Assembly (NCBI GenBank): GCA_965248265.1
Contig: CBDFJF010000002.1
Location: 160,001-224,000 of the forward strand
DNA: 64,000 nucleotides
Reading direction: 5' to 3'
From: Candidatus Latescibacterota bacterium
Lineage (GTDB): Bacteria > Latescibacterota > UBA2968 > UBA8231
Shown here: positions 9,287-17,506 of the stretch, piece after piece
Layout: each line of letters opens with the position of its first letter
Position numbering within the stretch: position 1 is the stretch's first letter
Program-made: the position numbers and the translations under genes
Notes under the pieces: model-generated
What the model was told of the DNA's origin: nothing
The model's input: only the letters and a program-made list of their open reading frames with translations
Database searches by the model: none

Positions 9287-11472
9287 TGCGGATTGCTTCA
9301 GCAGTCGCCCTGGCAGGGATTGTTCTGTTCGCGGGCACGGCCGAAGGTGCGCGCAGGTCAGTATCGATGTCCGATCTGGAAGACGGTAAGGTCAAGGTCG
9401 GCTACCTCGTGCGTTTCACTCACCTCGACATCAAACCGTTCAAGAACGGGGTGCTGCGCTCGGTGATGACGACGCGCAAGGGCGAGCGCTTCGAGCGTCG
9501 CTTCTTCCGCAACGATCTGGCCACGCTGGAAAATCTGTACCGTGGTGCCGGGTACCTGAGCGTGAAGATCGTCCGCCGGGTGTTTGAACTGGATGAAAAG
9601 GGCAAGCTCCACATCCGGATCAAGATCGACTCCGGCCCCCGTTGGACGGTCGCAGGTGTATCCATCGAGTTGGAAGGGCAAGGTGCCGATCACACGGGTG
9701 CACGGGACAGGATTCGAGTGGCGTCGGGCCAACACTTCCGCTATGCCGATGTTCTGGCTGACGAGCGCGAGGTACTGGTTTTTCTCAACAGCCGCGGCTA
9801 CGCCCGTGCGCACGTCGAGAACCGGATCGACTACGACCCGGCGGCGCACACGGCTGACGTGTTCTACCACATCGATCCCGGCCGGCGCATGTACTTCGGT
9901 GCGATCGAGATCGTCGGACGGGCTGGCGTCGACGCCGGGATGAAGACGGACCGAGGCCTGGTCCACGACCATCTGACCTTTCGTCAGGGTCAACGCTTTA
10001 ACCCGGCGGATCTAAGGCGCACCCGCAGCAAGCTGGCGGCGACGAATCTATTTCGCTCGGTCACCGTGCACATGCCTGAGGTGGCCTCCGGCGACAGCGT
10101 TCAGCCGGTGCAGATCCAGTTACAGGAACGCAAGTTCATTCACCTGGAAGCCAATGCCTTCGTCAACAACGAGGAACCGGGCCTGTCCGGCAATGCCAGG
10201 CACGAAAACTGGCTCGGCCGGGGTACCCATGTTGGCCTTGATGCCAGCCTTGGCCGGCCGATTCAGGGAGCCACGGTTTATCTGACGGAGCCCACCGTGT
10301 TCGACCTGCCGTTGGACTTTACGCTGGCGGCCGGTGTCACCGATGAATGGGAACCCAAGGAGGTGACGGCAAATCCGAATGATTCGCTGCAGTTCGATCA
10401 ATTCGCGCGCAATCATTCCATCGTCCAGGGATTGGTCGAATTTGCCGAGCGGGGTCTGGGCGATCTGTTAGAGATCGGTCCGAGTGAGTTCATCGGGTCC
10501 AATCAGCTCAGCTATGACTCCGTCGAGAGGCTGTGGAAGGTCGATGCCATTCTGGCGCGACGCTGGGAATCGGCGCGCAAGGCGCGCTACGAAACACAGC
10601 TGGCCCTGACCTGGGAGCAGTCGCTGAATCAACCGGTGCGGGGTAGCGTGATCGGGCTCAATCAGCAAACCAGCCTGGTACCGGCGGTGCCCGATAGTAG
10701 TGACGATCCTTTTGGTGGCGATGACCCCTTCGGCGGCGACGATCCATTTGGAGACGATGACCCATTCGGAGACGACGATCCATTTGCTGACGATGATCCA
10801 TTTGCCGACTCCGGCAAACCGCTACAGGATGGGGAGCTACCAGTAGACTACGCCGACGGCGAATTTCCAGTGACGCCGATATGGCGCGCGATTCTGCGGG
10901 ATCAGGCCAAGACTATCAATGCCAGCGTCGCCTTTCAGCGCGACTCCCGCGACAATCAGATCGCGCCGTCGAGGGGATCGTATTTGAGGGCGAGCGCCCT
11001 CTACGCGGTCAAGGTTACCGGTCGTAGAAGCCAGGTCGTCGACGGTGAGCTCGAGGGCCGCCTCTACCAGCCGCTGGGTAGCCATGTGGTGTGGGCGGCG
11101 GCGACACGCTGGGTACAAACTGCCTCCTTACAGAACTCGAGCGCCATGCCCCAGGCCTACTGGATCGAGCTGGGTGGCGAGGGCAGTGTGCGCGGGGTCA
11201 ATCGCAGCACCATCATCGCCGTCGACGGCGGCCGCACCGGGTTGAATCTGCGATCAGAGCTTCGTCTTCGAGTCGCCGGCTTCGGTGGAGTCCTGTTCTG
11301 GGACCGGGCAGGTGTCTGGCGTGAGCTGAATGAGGCTGACTGGTCCAGCATGGTCGATGGCTACGGCTTCGGCGTGCGCTACGATCTGGGAATTCCGCTG
11401 CGCCTGGACGTCGGCTGGAGCGAGGATTTCAAGCGTCGCGAAATCTATTTCTCCATCGGACAGGCGTTCTAA
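9286..11472 (+). CDS. BamA/TamA (Omp85) family outer-membrane protein with POTRA domains
   Basis: Signal peptide, POTRA-like 'LYRGAGY' and 'FLNSRGY', barrel motifs 'GGEGSVRG' and 'GFGVRYDLGIPLRLDVG', terminal 'YFSIGQAF'. Confidence 0.88.
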   Translation: MRIASAVALAGIVLFAGTAEGARRSVSMSDLEDGKVKVGYLVRFTHLDIKPFKNGVLRSVMTTRKGERFERRFFRNDLATLENLYRGAGYLSVKIVRRVFELDEKGKLHIRIKIDSGPRWTVAGVSIELEGQGADHTGARDRIRVASGQHFRYADVLADEREVLVFLNSRGYARAHVENRIDYDPAAHTADVFYHIDPGRRMYFGAIEIVGRAGVDAGMKTDRGLVHDHLTFRQGQRFNPADLRRTRSKLAATNLFRSVTVHMPEVASGDSVQPVQIQLQERKFIHLEANAFVNNEEPGLSGNARHENWLGRGTHVGLDASLGRPIQGATVYLTEPTVFDLPLDFTLAAGVTDEWEPKEVTANPNDSLQFDQFARNHSIVQGLVEFAERGLGDLLEIGPSEFIGSNQLSYDSVERLWKVDAILARRWESARKARYETQLALTWEQSLNQPVRGSVIGLNQQTSLVPAVPDSSDDPFGGDDPFGGDDPFGDDDPFGDDDPFADDDPFADSGKPLQDGELPVDYADGEFPVTPIWRAILRDQAKTINASVAFQRDSRDNQIAPSRGSYLRASALYAVKVTGRRSQVVDGELEGRLYQPLGSHVVWAAATRWVQTASLQNSSAMPQAYWIELGGEGSVRGVNRSTIIAVDGGRTGLNLRSELRLRVAGFGGVLFWDRAGVWRELNEADWSSMVDGYGFGVRYDLGIPLRLDVGWSEDFKRREIYFSIGQAF
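10702..10809 (+). repeat. Six tandem 18-nt coding repeats (DDPFG/DDPFA) inside the Omp85 gene
   Basis: DDPFGGDDPFGGDDPFGDDDPFGDDDPFADDDPFAD, with synonymous divergence between units. Confidence 0.9.
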
Positions 11473-11500
11473 CGACCCCTGGCAGAAGGGGGTACCCGGA

Positions 11501-11529
11501 TTGACCAAGGGCAGAGCCACGTATACATT
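11501..11529 (+). promoter_or_regulatory. sigma70-type promoter of ssrA
   Basis: TTGACC-17 bp-TACATT, ending 11 nt before the tmRNA 5' end. Confidence 0.7.
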
Positions 11530-11540
11530 CGGAATTGAAA

Positions 11541-11893
11541 GGGGGCGTAACGGCTTCGACGGGGATGGTGAGGATTTGATCGCGTGCCGAGGTCCCGAAA
11601 CCTCGTTAATAATCGGGAAAAACTTCAAAAGCCAACGATAACTCGTACGCTTTGGCCGCATAGATTGGGCCCGTCAGTGTGATGTGGCGTCTGCACCGCG
11701 CGCACTGGTGTCATTGAAAGCAGGCTAGCCGATGACTCCCGTTCCAGGGTAATCGGCGAATCCTCTGGAACTGGCACCCCCGGAATCTTGTCAGTCGGAG
11801 TCCGGGGGGGCGAGAACAAAAGACTGACTACGCACGTAGGGATCTCTTTTGAACCGTTTTCGGACGCGGGTTCAACTCCCGCCGCCTCCACCA
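11541..11893 (+). ncRNA. ssrA: tmRNA
   Basis: 5' GGGGGCGTAACGGCTTCGAC and 3' GACGCGGGTTCAACTCCCGCCGCCTCCACCA (tRNA-Ala-like acceptor with G3-U, T-arm, CCA). Tag ORF 11631-11663 encodes ANDNSYALAA*. Confidence 0.97.
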
Positions 11894-11899
11894 TTTTTC

Positions 11900-11953
11900 G
11901 ACGCACAACTCGTCTCTCCGGGGTAGCCCCCCGGAGAGACGTGCGTCCAAAAA
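11900..11953 (+). terminator. Strong hairpin immediately after ssrA (island-supplied terminator)
   Basis: GACGCAC..CGTCTCTCCGGGG / CCCCGGAGAGACG TGCGTC inverted repeat flanked by T and A runs. Confidence 0.6.
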
Positions 11954-12150
11954 CCCCTTAGTTTCAAAGGGTTTGGGCGTTCCTCACATCATTCCCGCTC
12001 CATTCCCCACCGGTCGAATTCGTCCTGTTCCGCAGCCTCTTATTCTCTGTTTGGCCCGAATTCTCTGTTCCTTCTGGACTTCGTCCAAACCTCGTCCAGA
12101 CGGGTTAATCCATTTGATATCAACGGGTTGAGCCAAAACCGCCGTTTTCG

Positions 12151-12282
12151 GGAGTTGTGGGAACACGTCCTGTGCTCGGTCGTGAGCACCCGAGAGTTCG
12201 AACCATCGTCCAGAAGACTTGGAGTTGTGGGAACTCATCAAATGGTCCAGTTGGAGCACCCGAGAGTTCGAACCCCTCGTCC
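12151..12282. repeat. Two 70-bp-period constant-variable-constant direct repeat units
   Basis: GGAGTTGTGGGAAC (12151, 12221) + unrelated 19-mers + GAGCACCCGAGAGTTCGAACC (12184, 12254). Confidence 0.85.
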
Positions 12283-12480
12283 GACAGTTTGGAAAGGCCT
12301 GCGGTAGGTAACCGGCGAAAGGGCTGGGCACGGCGCCCGGCCGCAGCGTCAGAAACCAGACAACGGACTGGCAGCGAGAGCTGAGGCGGTTGTGGGTGTC
12401 GGCGAACCCGCCCCACGCCGTTCGGCGAGTTCCCAGGCATCCACACCGGCCCATCCGGTCCCGAGCCGCCGGAGGTCACG

Positions 12481-12678
12481 ATGTGGAATGCCGATTTCGA
12501 GCCGGGAGCCGTCCCTACCGCCTTTCCTGAAGCGGAGCTCCGCCCGGAGCCCGATCCCCTTTCCCCGAAAGCCAATCTGGAGGCCATCGCGTCCATTCTG
12601 GCCGCAGGCGTCCTGCGCCGGAGAGCCCGAGATAGCGCCTCTCCGCGCGATGTCAGGAGAAAAGAGAAGAATCTCTAA
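12481..12678 (+). CDS. Small hypothetical protein preceding the DUF2924 gene
   Basis: GGAGG RBS. The 'LEAIASILAAGVLRRRAR' motif resembles small ORFs found upstream of DUF2924 genes. Confidence 0.5.
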   Translation: MWNADFEPGAVPTAFPEAELRPEPDPLSPKANLEAIASILAAGVLRRRARDSASPRDVRRKEKNL

Positions 12679-12760
12679 ACGTAAGCGGGAGAAGGACTTG
12701 CTTTCCTGTGCGAACAGAGCGTTCGTGTCTAACAAACGCGTCCAGTAGGCCAATGAGGGA

Positions 12761-13282
12761 GTGCCCGTGAATCAGTTCGGAAAGGGATCGCAAGAGAGCA
12801 GCAACGGCTCCCGCACCCGTCATTCCGTCCTGCGACAGCTGGCGACGCTCGAGACCATGACGATGGCGCAGCTGCAGGAGAAGTGGCGCGATCTCTACGG
12901 CAGCGAGCCGCCCCAATACAAGCGACAGTTCCTCATCAAGCGCCTGGCCTATCGCATCCAGGAACTCTTCTACGGCGGCCTGTCGGAGGCCGCCAAGACG
13001 CATTTGAAGCACGTCGCGGAGGACGACCCCGCGGCCCGAGTGGACGGCAGGGTCTCCGACAACCCCCCGAGCACGGCGGACATCCTGCCGGGCACCCGGT
13101 TCGTCAGGATATGGAAGGACCGCCGCTATGAGGTCCTCGCTCACCAGAGCGGCTTCGAGTACGACGGCCGGATCTTCCGGTCCTTGAGCGCCGTGGCTCG
13201 CGAAATTACCGGCACTCGGTGGAACGGCAAGCTCTTCTTCGGGCTGAAGAAGAGCAACGACACAGGTGGCCGGCATGCCTGA
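12761..13282 (+). CDS. DUF2924 domain protein
   Basis: 'LQEKWRDLYG..P...RLAYRIQE..YGGL', 'PGTRFVRIW' and 'FRSLSAVAREITGTRWNG..FFGL'. Directly upstream of the serine recombinase. Confidence 0.88.
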   Translation: MPVNQFGKGSQESSNGSRTRHSVLRQLATLETMTMAQLQEKWRDLYGSEPPQYKRQFLIKRLAYRIQELFYGGLSEAAKTHLKHVAEDDPAARVDGRVSDNPPSTADILPGTRFVRIWKDRRYEVLAHQSGFEYDGRIFRSLSAVAREITGTRWNGKLFFGLKKSNDTGGRHA

Positions 13283-14861
13283 TACCGACACGAACAACTC
13301 CATGGAGACGAAGCTCATCCGTTGCGCCATCTACACCCGCAAGAGCCACGAGGAAGGCCTCGAGCAGGAGTTCAACTCGCTGGATGCCCAGAGGGAGTCG
13401 GCCGAGGCCTACATCGAAAGCCAACGCATGCAGGGCTGGCGCGCTCTGCCCGACCGCTACGACGACGGGGGGTTCTCCGGCGGCAACATGGAGCGCCCGG
13501 GACTACAGCGTCTGCTGGCCGACGTGGATGCAGGGAAGGTGGACGTGATCGTGGTGTACAAGATCGACCGCCTCTCGCGGTCGCTGCTCGACTTCATGAA
13601 GATGATCGAGCGGTTCAACGAGCAAGGCGTCAGCTTCGTCTCGGTCACCCAGCACTTCAACACCACCGACCCGACCGGGCGCATGTTCCTGGGCATCCTG
13701 ATCACCTTTGCCCAGTACGAGCGCGAGGTCATCGCCGAACGCATCCGGGACAAGGTGGCGGCGGCCAAGCGGCGGGGCAAGTACTGTGGCGGCCCGGCCA
13801 TCCTCGGTTACGACGTCGACCGGGAGCAAAAGAAGCTGCGCGTCAATGCGGAGGAAGCGCCGCTGGTCCAACACATCTTCCGGCGATTCACCCAGCTGGC
13901 CTCGTCCAAATCGCTGGCCGCCGAGCTCAACGAGCAGGGCTACCACACCAAGTCCTGGACCACGAAGAAAGGAAAACATCGGCCAGGCAGTCCCTGGAAC
14001 ACCGGCCACATCTACCGCTTGCTCGGCAACCGCACCTATAGGGGCGAGGTGGTCCACAAGGGGAAGGGCTATCCCGGCGAGCATGAGGCCATCGTTTCCA
14101 AGGGACTGTGGGAGAAGGTTCAGGCGGTGCTCTCGGAAAACACTCGGGCGAAGCAGACCAGGGCCCAGACCAAGACCATTTCTCCGCTCCAGGGAGTGAT
14201 CCGCTGCGGACACTGTGACGGCGCGATGGGGTTGACCTACACCCAGCGAGGGTCGCGGCGCTACTCCTACTATCACTGCGCGAAGGACGCCAAACGAGCG
14301 GTCAGCCGCTGCCGGCTCAAGCGTGTCCCGGCCGGGAACATCGAAGAGGTCGTGCTGGAGCAGTTGAGCGCGGTCTTCCGAACCCCGACGCTCATGTCCC
14401 AGACCTACTTTGCCGCCAAAGGGATGGAAGACGCCGAGCGGGAACGGCTGCTGAAACAGAAAGAGCAACTGGAAGACGATCTCCTGACCGTCCGCGAGCG
14501 GGCGCTTGCGGAGGCAGCGCCCAACGGCAACGGGTCGGACCCCGGACCGACGTTGGTCGATCTCAACCAGGAGGCGGTGACCCTGAGTCGCCAGCTGACG
14601 GATGTCTCGGCCAGAGCCCAGGCGTTCGAGTCAGATCCAGTCGCGGAACGGGAGGTCTCGGAGGCCTTCCAAAGCGTGGAGACCTTTTGGGACGACCTGT
14701 TCCCGCTGGAACGCAACCGGCTAATCCGGCTGCTGGTCGAGAAAGTGGAAATCCGGGAAACCGGCATCGACATGGAACTGAAGACCCAGGGCCTCACCAG
14801 CCTCATCGTCGAACTGAACGGCTTGGCGAGCGAAGCCACGGAACGGGGCCACGGCCGATGA
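13275..14861 (+). CDS. Large serine recombinase (resolvase + recombinase + Zn-ribbon)
   Basis: CAIYTRKS (catalytic Ser), DGGFSGG..RPGLQRLL, VYKIDRLSRS, FAQYERE.I.ERI and CGHC...YYHC. Confidence 0.95.
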   Translation: MPDTDTNNSMETKLIRCAIYTRKSHEEGLEQEFNSLDAQRESAEAYIESQRMQGWRALPDRYDDGGFSGGNMERPGLQRLLADVDAGKVDVIVVYKIDRLSRSLLDFMKMIERFNEQGVSFVSVTQHFNTTDPTGRMFLGILITFAQYEREVIAERIRDKVAAAKRRGKYCGGPAILGYDVDREQKKLRVNAEEAPLVQHIFRRFTQLASSKSLAAELNEQGYHTKSWTTKKGKHRPGSPWNTGHIYRLLGNRTYRGEVVHKGKGYPGEHEAIVSKGLWEKVQAVLSENTRAKQTRAQTKTISPLQGVIRCGHCDGAMGLTYTQRGSRRYSYYHCAKDAKRAVSRCRLKRVPAGNIEEVVLEQLSAVFRTPTLMSQTYFAAKGMEDAERERLLKQKEQLEDDLLTVRERALAEAAPNGNGSDPGPTLVDLNQEAVTLSRQLTDVSARAQAFESDPVAEREVSEAFQSVETFWDDLFPLERNRLIRLLVEKVEIRETGIDMELKTQGLTSLIVELNGLASEATERGHGR

Positions 14862-15280
14862 GCACGCAGCCGAGCCTCGCGCTGACAGAGACCGGCAACC
14901 TCCGGATTCATATTCCGATGCACATCCGGCGGATGCGGGGGCGGAAGATGATCTTCGCCCCCCAGGCGCTGGATGGCGAGGTTCCCGACAGCCCATCGGA
15001 CGTTCAAGCGGCCGTGGTTCAAGCCCTGGGCCGGGCGTTCTCCTGGTCGGAGGCGATGGAGAGGGGGGCGTTTCGCTCCGTTTCGGATCTGGCGAGGAAC
15101 CTGGACGTGGATACCTCCTACGTGGCGCGCATCCTGAAGCTGACAACGTTGGCCCCCGACATCATCGAAGCGATCCTCAATGGCGAGGAACCGTCCGGCC
15201 TGTCGCTCGCCCAACTGATCCGAACTTTCCCCATGGACTGGGAGCAGCAGAGAGCCCTGTTCGGATTCACCTCAGGCTGA
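14858..15280 (+). CDS. Conserved recombinase-associated HTH-like hypothetical protein
   Basis: ATGA overlap with the recombinase. 'ALGRAFSW...SVSDLAR...SYVARILKLTTLAPDIIEAILNG...PMDWEQQ'. Confidence 0.8.
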   Translation: MSTQPSLALTETGNLRIHIPMHIRRMRGRKMIFAPQALDGEVPDSPSDVQAAVVQALGRAFSWSEAMERGAFRSVSDLARNLDVDTSYVARILKLTTLAPDIIEAILNGEEPSGLSLAQLIRTFPMDWEQQRALFGFTSG

Positions 15281-15502
15281 GTCGCCACCCCTGTCGCAGT
15301 AGGTCCAAGTCGCGATTCACGCGATCCCATCCGCGAGAAGAACGTCCGCCCCATCGCCGGTGTCCAGCACTGGAACCGCCAGCGCGTGATGTGGGCGCAG
15401 CTCATCGCCCGGCAGCGGCGAGGAGCAGCCCTCCGCAGGATCGGGCGGACATCGTCCCCCGTCCCCACCTTTTCTCCAACCGGTTCGACGCCCTTTTTAG
15501 GG

Positions 15503-15548
15503 CCTCTGATATTTTTTATTTAACCTCTGATATAATAGGTATATATAT
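15503..15548 (+). promoter_or_regulatory. AT-rich promoter/operator upstream of the lexA-like gene
   Basis: Extended -10 TGaTATAAT (15528-15536), direct repeat CCTCTGATAT x2 and dyad ACCT-N10-AGGT. Confidence 0.55.
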
Positions 15549-15649
15549 TGATCTCTTTGACACACGGCCGGGTGTCCCTCGGTCGACGATCCAGATTTCT
15601 CCGGTCCATTGATACAGCAACCGCGATCTCCCTTGAGAGAGGATCTGAA

Positions 15650-16327
15650 ATGAGCAGCCAGGCGAGAGGAAGACCACCCATTGACGAAATCACCAGCCCA
15701 CAGCGGCGCACGTTGCGCGAGCTGCGCCGCTTCACTAACCGGCGGGGGTTTCCCCCGACCATCCAGGAGCTCGCGGACATCCTCGGGATATCGGGCCCGA
15801 GCGTCCGTGACCAGGTGAACCAGCTCGTGCGCAAAGGCTACGTGAAGCGGGAGTCGAGGAAGGCTCGCGGGCTTACCGTTGTTCGGGAGCCGACGGATGA
15901 GGTGCTCGAGCTGCTGGCGGTTCCCATCGTCGGCAGCGTTGTCGCCGGCCAGCCGATCCTGGCTGAGGAGAACGTCATCGGCGAGGTTCTCGTCGACAGC
16001 CGGGCCGTCCGTTCCGGCCGCTGCTTCGCCCTGGAAGTGCGGGGTGACAGCATGATCGGCGCCGGCATCCGCGATCAGGACTTGGTCGTGGTTCGGGAAC
16101 AGCCCGTGGCGGAAAGCGGCGACATCGTGGTCGCGCTCCTCGATCAGGAGGCCACGGTCAAGCGGCTCTCTATCCGTGACGAACGAATCGAACTCCGGCC
16201 CGAGAATCCGAAACACCGTCCTATGCCGATCGGCCCGGACGATGGACTGCGCATCCTGGGCAAGGTCGTGGCCATCAGCCGATCCGGGATCGACGAGTCG
16301 AACGCCGGAGCGATCCAAGACCAGTAG
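15650..16327 (+). CDS. lexA: LexA-family transcriptional repressor (element-borne)
   Basis: N-terminal wHTH 'GFPPTIQELADILG', Ala-Gly cleavage site 'VVAGQP', catalytic Ser 'VRGDSM' and Lys 'EATVKR'. Confidence 0.9.
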   Translation: MSSQARGRPPIDEITSPQRRTLRELRRFTNRRGFPPTIQELADILGISGPSVRDQVNQLVRKGYVKRESRKARGLTVVREPTDEVLELLAVPIVGSVVAGQPILAEENVIGEVLVDSRAVRSGRCFALEVRGDSMIGAGIRDQDLVVVREQPVAESGDIVVALLDQEATVKRLSIRDERIELRPENPKHRPMPIGPDDGLRILGKVVAISRSGIDESNAGAIQDQ

Positions 16328-16345
16328 ATAAGGAGAGTCCAACCC

Positions 16346-17506
16346 ATGGCAACTTACAACCTCCGGCGTTTCGCCCAACCCGCGGGCCTCAAGGCCATCG
16401 CGCCGACGCGTCTCTTGAAGTTCCTGGAGCCACACACGTCCTACTTTGCGAGCCGGGGATTGTCGTTGCCATCGCCAAACGCCTCGAACGGTCTGAATTA
16501 CGACCGGCTGGTCGACGTGCTCATGAGTCCGGACACGGACACGCCGAAGGACCTGGTCGATGACCTTTTCTTCGTGCACGAGATGTCCACCGAGGAGTGC
16601 ATGGACCTCCTGCTTGAAGAAGCGGAGACGAACGGCCTCTCATTGGACGGGAAGCCTGACCCCACGGCGGCCGACATCGCAGTTCAGGTCTTCCTCCAGG
16701 ACCGGCGGCTGCTGGAACGCAAGCACGCCGAGCAGTATCTCACCCGGCCGCGGTCGTTCGAGTACTTCCAGACCGAGGTACTGCCGGTTCCCGCATTCAA
16801 ACAACCCTCACGAGAAACGCTGAACGCGCTTGAACACGATCTGGACGACTGGTTCGAAAAGAAGAAGCGTGGCCGGGATTCGCGAGTGTTCATGTATCCG
16901 AAGGGCGATTCGATCTGGTTCCTGGTGCGCCACGGCGATCCGTTCCGACGCGAAGGTAGCCTCGACGGCGGCCAGACCTCTAGCGTGTTCTACCGCCCGG
17001 AGAAGTATGACGTCCTGGCCTATGACCCCGTCCTCGGTGAACTCCGGATGAACGCCTGCAACAAGGGAGAAAAGGAGACCTATCGCAGGGAGTTCGGTCG
17101 CCATCTCTTCGACGACGAGGACTTCTTCCCGGGCACCGGCAAGTACACGCTCGAGCCCCTTCGGCGGGATGGGGCGGCGTCGGTCGTTTGCACGGACGTC
17201 GATGGTATCGACTGGGTCCGGCTCAAGGAAGTTCAGTTCCTGTGGGGTGGCGCGGAGCGGGAAATCGAAATCCGCAAGGCGAACGACATCTTCGCCGCGC
17301 TGGAAGGCAGGGGGCGAAGCATTCCAGGCACGGCGCCGATCCTGCGAGCGGGCTTTCACGTGAAGTTCACGGATGCGAAGAACCCCCGCACGGTGATCAT
17401 TCGCCCCTCGAACATCGCCCAGTACACCAGGGACAGCGACGCCGACGTGGTCGAGGATTGGCTCCAGAAACGGGGCTTCATCGAACAGGATGAAGATGAG
17501 GAGTAG
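16346..17506 (+). CDS. Hypothetical protein, 386 aa
   Basis: AAGGAG RBS, protein-like composition, co-oriented with lexA. No recognisable motif. Confidence 0.75.
   Translation: MATYNLRRFAQPAGLKAIAPTRLLKFLEPHTSYFASRGLSLPSPNASNGLNYDRLVDVLMSPDTDTPKDLVDDLFFVHEMSTEECMDLLLEEAETNGLSLDGKPDPTAADIAVQVFLQDRRLLERKHAEQYLTRPRSFEYFQTEVLPVPAFKQPSRETLNALEHDLDDWFEKKKRGRDSRVFMYPKGDSIWFLVRHGDPFRREGSLDGGQTSSVFYRPEKYDVLAYDPVLGELRMNACNKGEKETYRREFGRHLFDDEDFFPGTGKYTLEPLRRDGAASVVCTDVDGIDWVRLKEVQFLWGGAEREIEIRKANDIFAALEGRGRSIPGTAPILRAGFHVKFTDAKNPRTVIIRPSNIAQYTRDSDADVVEDWLQKRGFIEQDEDEE

Noticed and set aside
11625-11906. 93-aa minus-strand ORF (MVEAAGVEPAS…) and plus-strand ORF 11330-11641
   Set aside because: Shadow ORFs over the tmRNA gene.
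12151-12282. CRISPR array call
   Set aside because: Only two units, a bipartite constant region and no cas genes. Kept as an unexplained repeat.
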